A stretch of DNA of 64,000 nt, taken from the NCBI GenBank assembly GCA_022450595.1, contig JAKUPT010000006.1, positions 5,319 to 69,318 on the forward strand, in the 5' to 3' direction. Every line of letters starts with the position of its first letter. Within the stretch, counting starts at the first letter, position 1. Below, one piece after another: positions 21,337 through 29,369 of this stretch. The position numbers and the translations under genes were made by a program. A model generated the notes under the pieces. The model searched no databases. It had not been told where the DNA came from and saw only the letters and a program-made list of their open reading frames with translations. The DNA is from Bdellovibrionales bacterium (GTDB lineage Bacteria; Bdellovibrionota; Bdellovibrionia; Bdellovibrionales; UBA1609).

Positions 21337-22887
21337 ATGTTAAAACAACATGTAATTTACGCAATCCTCGTACTATTTTTATCCGCAACAACTTTTACCG
21401 GTTGTTCTTCGAGTGATGATAAAGCAGAAAATATAGACACGACTGAAAGCACAGCAGATCTTGGTGCTGATGAGTTCTCATTAGATGGCGAGTTTTCGGA
21501 AGAGGCTTTCTCGGATGATTTCTCAGCAGATTTAGGAGAAGGTGAAGCAGATCCTTTCGCAGCTCCTGAGGGAGGAGATGATCCGTTTGCCACAACTACG
21601 GACGACCCTTTTGCTGAAGCGCCAGCTGCTGACGATCCGTTCGCAACAGAAGACTCTTCGATGGCAGCTACAGACGATCCCTTCGCCGCGGAGGACCCTT
21701 TCGCAGCAGAAGACACTTCTACTGCCGCATCTGACGATCCTTTTGCTCAAGACCCTTTTGCTGGAGACAGCATGGGCACTGAAGAACTTCCCGCTGACTC
21801 AGGTATGACAGACAGTTTTGCCGCAGAAGATTCGGCTCCATCAGATCCATTCGCTGCAGACGACAGTGCACCAGTTGATCCCTTTGCTGCTGACAGTATG
21901 GCCATGCAAGAGCCCGCTCCTATCGAAGATATGACTTCAGATCTTGGTGGTAGCGCCTCACTTGTTGATGATTCAGAGGACACAGTAAGCTGGATTCCTG
22001 TTAAAAAAATGATGACTGAGCCATACCGTAAAAACGGAGTCTTAGTTAACACTATATATATTGCAAGACCAGGTGATGATATCCAAAAAATGAGCCAAAA
22101 GATTTATGGTGAAGACAAAACGGACGAGCTTTTAATGGTAAGCTCTTGGCTGCAAAAAGGCGTGGATGTTGGTGATAAGCTTTATTACAACTCGCCTAAT
22201 CGCCCGAATGATGACTCTAGAATTATCACATATTATGAAGACGTTGGTTTGCAACCTGAAACATACATCACTCAACCAGGTGATAACATCAGACAGGTGG
22301 CTGAAAGACTTCTTGGTCATCCAGATAGCTGGAAAGAGATTTGGGCCACAAACATGAATGTTGAGTCCAAAATGGAAGTGGCTGAAGGTTTAAGTCTTCA
22401 GTACTGGACAGGTGGAGACTCCGCGCCACAAATGCCTTCTATGGCTGGAACAGATTCTTCAAATATGGGTGGAGGCAGTGATATGCCTGCCATGGATGCT
22501 CCTCAAGATATGGCAATGAATGATATGCCGCCAATGGATGCTCCTCAAGACAGCGCTATGAACGAAATGCCACCAATGGAAGAATCTCCAGATATGGCGA
22601 TGAATGATATGCCACCGCCAGCTATGGACCCACCACCGGCTATGGAGCCGCCTCCAGCAATGGAACCACCACCAGTTGCTAACAATGAGCCGCCACCAGC
22701 GCCAGACAGACCAAACCGTGCCGGTGCTGAACAAAGCATGGGAGAAGAAGGTGGCCAAGATCAAATGCTTATGCTTGGGCTAGCAGTGATCTTACTAATT
22801 GCCGGTATTGCCTTGTTTATTATTCGCAAAAAAAGAAGTGCTGAGGCCATCGACTTTAACACTTCAACTCACACTCAAATTGAGTAG
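21337..22887 (+). CDS. Acidic DPFA-repeat / tandem LysM-like / Met-Pro-rich envelope protein with C-terminal TM anchor
   Basis: The ATG at 21337 follows AAGGGA. It has lipobox-like FTGC, ten (D/E)DPFA repeats and two LysM-like segments (YIARPGDDIQKMSQKIYG, YITQPGDNIRQVAERLLG). MPPMDAPQD-type repeats, PPPAME x3 and a TM helix LGLAVILLIAGIALFII follow. Confidence 0.7.
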   Translation: MLKQHVIYAILVLFLSATTFTGCSSSDDKAENIDTTESTADLGADEFSLDGEFSEEAFSDDFSADLGEGEADPFAAPEGGDDPFATTTDDPFAEAPAADDPFATEDSSMAATDDPFAAEDPFAAEDTSTAASDDPFAQDPFAGDSMGTEELPADSGMTDSFAAEDSAPSDPFAADDSAPVDPFAADSMAMQEPAPIEDMTSDLGGSASLVDDSEDTVSWIPVKKMMTEPYRKNGVLVNTIYIARPGDDIQKMSQKIYGEDKTDELLMVSSWLQKGVDVGDKLYYNSPNRPNDDSRIITYYEDVGLQPETYITQPGDNIRQVAERLLGHPDSWKEIWATNMNVESKMEVAEGLSLQYWTGGDSAPQMPSMAGTDSSNMGGGSDMPAMDAPQDMAMNDMPPMDAPQDSAMNEMPPMEESPDMAMNDMPPPAMDPPPAMEPPPAMEPPPVANNEPPPAPDRPNRAGAEQSMGEEGGQDQMLMLGLAVILLIAGIALFIIRKKRSAEAIDFNTSTHTQIE

Positions 22888-22912
22888 CAAAACTAAAATA
22901 AATATAGAAAAT

Positions 22913-22941
22913 AAAAAAGGGGCTAATATAAAGCCCCTTTT
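22913..22941. terminator. Bidirectional rho-independent terminator
   Basis: ggggct (22919-22924) pairs with agcccc (22932-22937). It is flanked by an A-run and a T-run, between convergent genes. Confidence 0.75.
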
Positions 22942-22969
22942 CTTATTTAGATGTGCGAATCGTTAAATT

Positions 22970-23350
22970 TTAGGAATTGGTTACTTTTGAAAATATAGTG
23001 TCTAGAACCATCTTCTTTGACTCTTTTTGATTTTCAACAAAGTACATCAGATCATCTACAATTTGCACGTCTCTGTTGTTGAATGGTTGAAACTGTATTC
23101 CACAGCCACATTCGTTTTTCCAAACGACCTTTGATGTGATTTCCCGAGTTCGGCCGCCAACAATAAAAGTTACAGTGACTTTATCTGAGACTTCTAGAGA
23201 TTCCACCCGAGGAGTTTGAAGGAAAGCCCCAGTTAAGCTTATATTTATAAGTTTTCCAAAGTCCTCTGACCTGGCGTAACTTCTTCTATAGTTGACGTTG
23301 AGCTCAAGATCCAAGCGCGGTGCTGGAGTTTGTGAGTTCATTTCGTTCAT
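22970..23350 (-). CDS. PilZ-domain protein (putative c-di-GMP receptor)
   Basis: RRSYAR (RxxxR) followed by NISLTGAFL (D/NxSxxG) at the usual spacing. 126 aa. Confidence 0.7.
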   Translation of the reverse strand: MNEMNSQTPAPRLDLELNVNYRRSYARSEDFGKLINISLTGAFLQTPRVESLEVSDKVTVTFIVGGRTREITSKVVWKNECGCGIQFQPFNNRDVQIVDDLMYFVENQKESKKMVLDTIFSKVTNS

Positions 23351-23497
23351 TATTACTCCTCCTCTTAGTCTTTAACCCTATCGGAGCAATGGGATGAATT
23401 ATTTAGAGAATCATGAGAAAACTTAGTGAGTTAGCATATGTGATAATTGCAATTTGTTTTGTTTTGAGACAAAAAAGCAGTGTTTTGGACGAAAGTC

Positions 23498-23527
23498 TTG
23501 CAAATTTCTTTACTTTTTACATATAAT
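23498..23527 (+). promoter_or_regulatory. Candidate sigma70-type promoter for rho
   Basis: TTGCAA (23498-23503), an 18-nt spacer, then TATAAT (23522-23527). It would give a leader of about 190 nt before the rho ATG. Confidence 0.5.
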
Positions 23528-23720
23528 ACTCCAATAATTAATTATTGATGAGTTACGAATTGACAAACATGCGTTTGGCTTTTTATTTACTAGTAGATCA
23601 ATAATCTTCAAAACCATTAAATTTGAAATCAGAACCAACTGAATAAGGGTATATATCCAATTTCTACCGATTTTCATTACAAACAGTTAAATCCGTTAAA
23701 AATCCTATTTAGGAGACTTC

Positions 23721-25400
23721 ATGTCAGAAGAAGAAAAAGAAACTAAAGCAAAAAAAACTAAAAGCACAACTTCCAGAAAAAAAACTACAACCACAAAGAG
23801 CACAAGCTCTGACAAGGACAAAGCCAATATGTCGGATGAGTCGACCACCAAACCTAAAGACACAAAGCCTAAAGAAAAATCAGAATCACAGTCACAGTCA
23901 AAGCCAGAGTCATCCTCTCAAGCCTCCTCCGGTTCATCTTCAAGTAATGAAGAGCGCTCTAGCACAAGAAAGCGTGTTGGCGGACGAAGCGGCTATAAAG
24001 GCAAGGGTCGAAGAAACAACAATTACAGCAATAAAAACAATTATCACAACAATAACAACAACCACTATCAAGATGACGAAGACACAGTGGTTTTAAATGA
24101 TGATGATCTTGATTTGTCAGACATTGATTTAACTGAAGAAGAGAGAAAGTCTTTAAACTCTAAAGATTTAAAACAAAAAAACATTAAAGACCTCACTGAG
24201 CTGGCTTCAAAATTTAAAATTGAAAACGCAGCCGGTATGAGACGCCAAGATCTTGTTTTTCACGTACTTAAGCGTGCGGCGAAACTTGGTGATATTTTTG
24301 GGGGAGGAGTTTTAGAAATTCTTCCAGATGGTTATGGTTTTTTAAGATCTCCAGACTACAACTATTTACCAGGACCGGATGACATTTATGTGAGCCCGTC
24401 TCAAATAAGAAGATTTGGCTTAAGAACAGGGGACACGGTAAGTGGTACTGTTCGCCCACCAAAAGATGGTGAGCGCTACTTTGCTCTTTTAAAAGTAGAT
24501 AGCCTCAACTTTGAACCACCTGAAAAAAGCCGTGGAAAGATTTTATTTGATAACTTAACGCCTCTATATCCTGAAAAGCGTTTAAACCTTGAGCATCAGC
24601 CCAATGAGTACACCACTCGTGTGGTAGACCTAATGGCTCCGCTTGGTAAGGGGCAAAGAGCCTTAATTGTGGCACCTCCAAGAACTGGTAAAACAGTGCT
24701 TCTTCAAAACATTGCCAATGCAATAACAAAAAATCATCCAGAAGTGATGATGATTGTTTTACTGATTGATGAGCGACCAGAAGAAGTCACAGACATGCAA
24801 AGAAGCATTGATGGCGAAGTGATTAGTTCAACCTTTGATGAGCCACCAACTCGTCACGTGCAAGTGGCAGAGATGGTGATCTCTAAAGCTAAACGTTTAG
24901 TTGAGCACAAACACGATGTGGTGATCCTATTAGACTCGATCACTCGATTGGCGCGAGCTTATAACACTGTTGTGCCTCCATCTGGTAAAATTTTATCTGG
25001 TGGTGTGGACTCAAATGCTCTTCATAAACCAAAAAGATTTTTTGGTGCGGCCAGAAACATTGAAGAGGGTGGAAGTTTAACTATCGTTGCCACAGCACTT
25101 GTAGACACGGGCTCTAGAATGGACGAAGTGATCTTTGAGGAGTTTAAAGGTACTGGTAACTCTGAAATTCACTTAGACCGTAAGCTGATGGAGAAACGAA
25201 TCTTTCCTTGTATGGATATCAACAAGTCTGGAACTCGACGTGAGGACATTCTTGTGGAACCTGCAGCACTACAGCGATTGTGGATCTTAAGAAAGGTTCT
25301 AGCACCTATGAACGTTGTGGATAGTATGGAGTTTTTGCTGGATAAAATGCAAAACACCAAAACCAACAATGAATTTTTACAATCTATGGGCGGCAAGTAA
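23721..25400 (+). CDS. rho: Transcription termination factor Rho with about 140-aa N-terminal low-complexity extension
   Basis: Walker [26 protein letters not shown]-binding domain and a conserved C-terminal ATPase. Residues 1 to about 143 are K/S/T-rich, RGG-like, poly-Asn, then acidic. Confidence 0.93.
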   Translation: MSEEEKETKAKKTKSTTSRKKTTTTKSTSSDKDKANMSDESTTKPKDTKPKEKSESQSQSKPESSSQASSGSSSSNEERSSTRKRVGGRSGYKGKGRRNNNYSNKNNYHNNNNNHYQDDEDTVVLNDDDLDLSDIDLTEEERKSLNSKDLKQKNIKDLTELASKFKIENAAGMRRQDLVFHVLKRAAKLGDIFGGGVLEILPDGYGFLRSPDYNYLPGPDDIYVSPSQIRRFGLRTGDTVSGTVRPPKDGERYFALLKVDSLNFEPPEKSRGKILFDNLTPLYPEKRLNLEHQPNEYTTRVVDLMAPLGKGQRALIVAPPRTGKTVLLQNIANAITKNHPEVMMIVLLIDERPEEVTDMQRSIDGEVISSTFDEPPTRHVQVAEMVISKAKRLVEHKHDVVILLDSITRLARAYNTVVPPSGKILSGGVDSNALHKPKRFFGAARNIEEGGSLTIVATALVDTGSRMDEVIFEEFKGTGNSEIHLDRKLMEKRIFPCMDINKSGTRREDILVEPAALQRLWILRKVLAPMNVVDSMEFLLDKMQNTKTNNEFLQSMGGK

Positions 25401-25629
25401 CCCACTGAAATCATTAAATAAAAATAAATAGCGAAAAATTACAATTTGGCGGCGCAGCAGATGCGCGGCGCACCACAACTTTGTGGATATCGATGTGGAT
25501 AACTCCATCAAATATTTAAAGTTGCTTAGATTTTTTTTGTGTGAGAGAAAGGTTTTAGCATACAAAAAAATTAATTGTAAAGAATTCCTTTATAAAAATT
25601 ACATTAACACAGAATGTTAGGCTTTAACC

Positions 25630-26703
25630 ATGTTTGCTAAATTAGACCAAGTGGAAAAGCGCTTTGAACAAGTGCAACGTGAGTTGGGAAGTCCCGATGC
25701 CACTGATGATCAAAAAAAGTTTCGAAAGCTCACTAAAGAACTCTCTGACCTTGAAAAAGTGGTTAAAGTTTACCGAGAGTACAAAAAAGTGGCCGGGGAT
25801 TTAAAGTCGAACAAAGACATTATTGCCAATGAAAAAGATGAAGACATTCGAGCCTTAGCCAAAGAAGAACTCCCTGAGCTTGAAGAGCGTAAAGAAGAAT
25901 TAGAGCAAGAGTTAAAAATTGCACTTTTGCCCAAAGATCCAAACGACGATAAATCGATCATTTTAGAAATACGCCCTGGAGCTGGTGGTGATGAAGCCGC
26001 CCTTTTTGCGGAAGAACTTTATGGAGCCTACGTGCACTTTGCAAAAGAACATGGCTGGAAGGTTGAACTGCTGGCCATAACTGAAGGTAACGCTGGTGGA
26101 GTGAAAGAGGTCATTGCTAACATTAGTGGAGAAAGGGTGTTTAGCCGTTTGAAGTACGAAAGCGGTGTGCACCGAGTGCAACGTGTGCCAAAAACCGAAT
26201 CACAAGGACGAGTGCACACATCCACGATCACCGTGGCTGTTATCCCTGAGCAAGAAGAAGTGACGGTGAAAGTGGACCCGAATGATTTAAGAATTGATGT
26301 GTATAGATCAAGTGGTCATGGAGGGCAGTCGGTGAACACGACTGACTCGGCTGTGAGAATCACACATTTGCCCACAGGTGTTGTGGTGACTTGCCAAGAG
26401 GGAAAGTCACAGCTTTCCAACAAAGAAAAAGCCATGAAGGTGTTATACTCAAGACTTCAGGCCCTTGAAGATGAAAAAGCCATGAAAGAAGCCAGTGATG
26501 CAAGACTTGCACAAATTGGAACGGGAGATCGGTCGGAGCGCATTCGCACTTATAACTTTCCGCAATCACGTGTCACAGATCATAGAATAGGCTATACAAG
26601 CCATAACTTAACTGGGATCATGGCTGGAGGAATGGATGAACTGGTGAATGCATTGGTGACTCACTATCAGTCTGAAGCCTTAAAACAACAAAACATTCAT
26701 TAA
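25630..26703 (+). CDS. prfA: Peptide chain release factor 1
   Basis: [23 protein letters not shown] (GGQ) and the PKT tripeptide region [12 protein letters not shown]. Confidence 0.95.
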   Translation: MFAKLDQVEKRFEQVQRELGSPDATDDQKKFRKLTKELSDLEKVVKVYREYKKVAGDLKSNKDIIANEKDEDIRALAKEELPELEERKEELEQELKIALLPKDPNDDKSIILEIRPGAGGDEAALFAEELYGAYVHFAKEHGWKVELLAITEGNAGGVKEVIANISGERVFSRLKYESGVHRVQRVPKTESQGRVHTSTITVAVIPEQEEVTVKVDPNDLRIDVYRSSGHGGQSVNTTDSAVRITHLPTGVVVTCQEGKSQLSNKEKAMKVLYSRLQALEDEKAMKEASDARLAQIGTGDRSERIRTYNFPQSRVTDHRIGYTSHNLTGIMAGGMDELVNALVTHYQSEALKQQNIH

Positions 26704-26708
26704 TAATT

Positions 26709-27545
26709 ATGACCTTAAAAGATGTACTCGATAAAACCACATTATTTTTTAAAAACAAAAACTTACCTTCGCCAAGGTTAGACGCTGAGTTGTTACTATC
26801 GGATGCTTTAAATATTTCCCGTATGGAGATCTATTTAAAATTTGATGCCCCTTTAAAAGAGCAAGAGCTTGAAAAGTGCAGAGAGCATGTAAGGCGCAGA
26901 TCCGGTGGTGAGCCTGTGGCTTATATTTTGGGCTATAAAGGTTTTTATGGTCATGACTTTTTTGTGGAACCGGGAGTATTAATACCGCGACCAGAGACCG
27001 AGTTTATAGTTGATGAAATTAAAAACAAACTTAACAAAGATGACGCTTTAAATATTATTGATTTAGGATGTGGTTCTGGCTGTATTGGCCTTAGCTTAAA
27101 AAAGATTTTTCATCGTGCTCAAGTAGAAATGGTAGATGTGTCCGAAGCCGCGGTTCGACTGTCAGAGAAAAACGCGAAGAATTTAAATGCAGAGGTTCAC
27201 ATTCTTCATAAAGACGTGGAAAAGTTAGAGCTTCAAACTGAGCATTATGACTTAGTTGTATCAAACCCTCCTTACATTGCTAAAGATGATAAAGACGTCT
27301 CGGAGCATGTAAAAGAGTATGAGCCCCACGAAGCGCTTTTTGCTGAAGAAGATGGGTATTACTTTTTAAACAGTTGGGCTGAAAAAGCCTTTCATGCATT
27401 AAAACCTGGTGGCTATCTGTGTATGGAGATGGGCTACAATCAGGCTAAAGAGTTAAAAACGAAGTTGTCAGATTTGGGATATAAAAACATTGAAGTGATT
27501 AAAGACTTAGCCAGCTTTGATCGTGTGATATTGGCTCAAAAATAA
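26709..27545 (+). CDS. prmC: Release factor glutamine N5-methyltransferase
   Basis: DLGCGSG SAM motif and NPPY. Lies directly downstream of prfA. Confidence 0.9.
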   Translation: MTLKDVLDKTTLFFKNKNLPSPRLDAELLLSDALNISRMEIYLKFDAPLKEQELEKCREHVRRRSGGEPVAYILGYKGFYGHDFFVEPGVLIPRPETEFIVDEIKNKLNKDDALNIIDLGCGSGCIGLSLKKIFHRAQVEMVDVSEAAVRLSEKNAKNLNAEVHILHKDVEKLELQTEHYDLVVSNPPYIAKDDKDVSEHVKEYEPHEALFAEEDGYYFLNSWAEKAFHALKPGGYLCMEMGYNQAKELKTKLSDLGYKNIEVIKDLASFDRVILAQK

Positions 27546-27560
27546 AAGAAAGAGTTTTTT

Positions 27561-28817
27561 ATGGATAAGATGATCGTTCAACCCTCTGGGGCTTTAAACG
27601 GAAGTGTAAAAACAAGTGGAGCAAAAAACTCCTCTCTTCCAATTTTATTTTCTTCTTTATTGGCAGAGGGGGAGCACACCTTTCATAACGTCCCTCATTT
27701 AAAAGACATTGAGTCCACCTGTGAACTTTTAAACCTTTTAGGGGCAGAAACTCTCAGAGAGGGCACCACTTTAAAGGTGAAAGTAAAGCGCCCGGAAAGA
27801 ATGCAAGCCGACTACGATGTGGTTCGAAAAATGCGCGCAAGCATTTTGTGCTTAGGCCCACTACTAGCTCAATACGGCGAAGCGGTTGTGAGTCTTCCTG
27901 GGGGGTGTGCCATTGGAACCAGGCCAATTAATTTACACTTAGATGCAATGGAGTCTTTGGGTGCTCAAATGAAAGTTGAGAAGGGCTTTGTGTTAGCCAA
28001 AGCGCCAAAACTTGTGGGTTCTACTATATTATTTGAAAACGCCACTGTGGGTGGAACAGAAAACTTAATGATGGCGGCAAGCCTGGCCGAAGGCACAACC
28101 ATTATTGAAAACGCAGCTAAAGAACCTGAGATTGTGGATCTTGCCAATTACTTAAATAAAATGGGCGCAAAGGTTTCTGGAGCCGGAACAAGTATCATCA
28201 CTATTGAAGGCGTGGAAAAGTTAAAGCCTGCAGAACATCTCATCATTCCCGACCGCATTGAGGCCGGCACTCTTTTAATTGCCGGAGCCATCACGGGTGG
28301 AGAGGTGCGTGTTGAAGACTGCATGCCAGAGCACATAGAGTCGTTGATTCAAAAGATGAAAGAGTCAGGATTTAAAATCACCAAAGACAAAACTTCAGTG
28401 ACAGTTCATCCGTGTCAATCTTGGCAAGGAGTGGACATCACCACAGCCCCACATCCGGGCTTTGCCACAGACTTGCAAGCTCAGTACATGACTCTAATGA
28501 CTCAAGCTGAAGGCACCAGTGTGATCACCGAATCTATTTTTGAAAACAGATTTATGCACGTGCAAGAGCTCACACGCTTAGGAGCTGACATCACCCCTAA
28601 AACCCGAGTGGCCGTAGTCAGAGGACACAAGGGCGAACTGCAAGGCGCCCCCGTTATGGCCACCGACCTTCGCGCCAGCGCCTGTCTCGTACTCGCAGGT
28701 TTAGTCGCACAAGGTGAAACCACCGTAAATAGAATTTACCATCTTGACCGTGGCTACGAAAAACTTGAAGACAAACTCACCTCATTAGGCGCAAAAATCA
28801 AACGCGCCAAAGAATAA
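27561..28817 (+). CDS. murA: UDP-N-acetylglucosamine 1-carboxyvinyltransferase
   Basis: 418 aa with KNSSLPIL and LPGGCAIGTRPINLH (active-site Cys present). Confidence 0.95.
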   Translation: MDKMIVQPSGALNGSVKTSGAKNSSLPILFSSLLAEGEHTFHNVPHLKDIESTCELLNLLGAETLREGTTLKVKVKRPERMQADYDVVRKMRASILCLGPLLAQYGEAVVSLPGGCAIGTRPINLHLDAMESLGAQMKVEKGFVLAKAPKLVGSTILFENATVGGTENLMMAASLAEGTTIIENAAKEPEIVDLANYLNKMGAKVSGAGTSIITIEGVEKLKPAEHLIIPDRIEAGTLLIAGAITGGEVRVEDCMPEHIESLIQKMKESGFKITKDKTSVTVHPCQSWQGVDITTAPHPGFATDLQAQYMTLMTQAEGTSVITESIFENRFMHVQELTRLGADITPKTRVAVVRGHKGELQGAPVMATDLRASACLVLAGLVAQGETTVNRIYHLDRGYEKLEDKLTSLGAKIKRAKE

Positions 28818-28875
28818 AGCTATAAAAAACTTAAACTTAATCCTGCATAAACTTTAAAAACATATTTACGCTGCG

Positions 28876-28910
28876 GCGTAGTAAAAGGTACGGACTACCT
28901 TTTGCTGCGT
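28876..28910 (+). other. Strand-specific 15-bp RNA hairpin in the murA 3' region
   Basis: gcgtagtaaaaggta (28876-28890) pairs with taccttttgctgcgt (28896-28910), loop cggac. Three pairs are G-U on the + strand and would be A-C mismatches on the - strand, so the structure favours the + transcript. Confidence 0.5.
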
Positions 28911-28918
28911 TTGGACAT

Positions 28919-28953
28919 AAAAAAACCCGAACTAGGGGGGCTAGTTCGGGTTT
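28919..28953. terminator. Rho-independent terminator (A-run / stem / short T-run)
   Basis: acccgaactag (28925-28935) pairs with ctagttcgggt (28941-28951), loop ggggg. The A7 run upstream makes it a good terminator for the minus-strand small ORF. It is weaker for murA. Confidence 0.65.
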
Positions 28954-29026
28954 GGGGAAGTTGGGGATCTTTCTGGGTCACTGCAATTAAGCAATGTTGC
29001 CAGGGGTTCAACCGCATCAGGAATAA

Positions 29027-29215
29027 TTATTGGGGTTGAGGGGTAATAAGAAGTCCCGATGCGTTCAAATCTAAATTTTGCTTCTCGATTTCTTTGCTCG
29101 CATCGTTGTTTGCTCTGGTAAAACCAGAGAAAGCAAGAACGGCAACTACATAAACTACTATTAGAATTCGAGTTAACATACCACTATACTTTAGCAAGGA
29201 GAGTGCCAACTTCAT
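29027..29215 (-). CDS. Possible small membrane/secreted protein
   Basis: 62-aa ORF with hydrophobic stretch ILIVVYVVAVLAF and a terminator downstream. SD is weak, no homology recognised. Confidence 0.3.
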   Translation of the reverse strand: MKLALSLLKYSGMLTRILIVVYVVAVLAFSGFTRANNDASKEIEKQNLDLNASGLLITPQPQ

Positions 29216-29369
29216 TTGCCTTTAATTTTGACTTGAGAATTAATACGCGGGGCGTTAGGCATAAAGGATGGTTTTTATTACATTTTAAAACATAAAATAA
29301 CATAGTGATTTTAATAGGTTATAATAAAAATCCCAGAATGGGTCTGAATCACCAAAATGGAACTGGATA

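Noticed and set aside
21357-22764. Cluster of ORFs on both strands within 21357-22764 (Ser/Ala-rich, Trp/His/Arg-rich and similar)
   Set aside because: They are alternative-frame readings of the repetitive acidic and Pro/Met-rich gene at 21337..22887. The low-complexity repeats keep several frames open.
23836-24096. 86-aa + strand ORF inside the rho 5' region
   Set aside because: It is an alternative frame of the low-complexity Rho N-terminal extension. The rho frame is continuous with the conserved Rho body and has the strong SD.
25440-25480. GC-rich patches in AT-rich spacers (366-410, 25445-25475, 34098-34130) as a possible dispersed REP-like element or rho terminator
   Set aside because: The patches do not resemble one another. 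Attempts to fold them gave only 4-5-bp stems with mismatches. There is not enough support to call a repeat family or a structured RNA.
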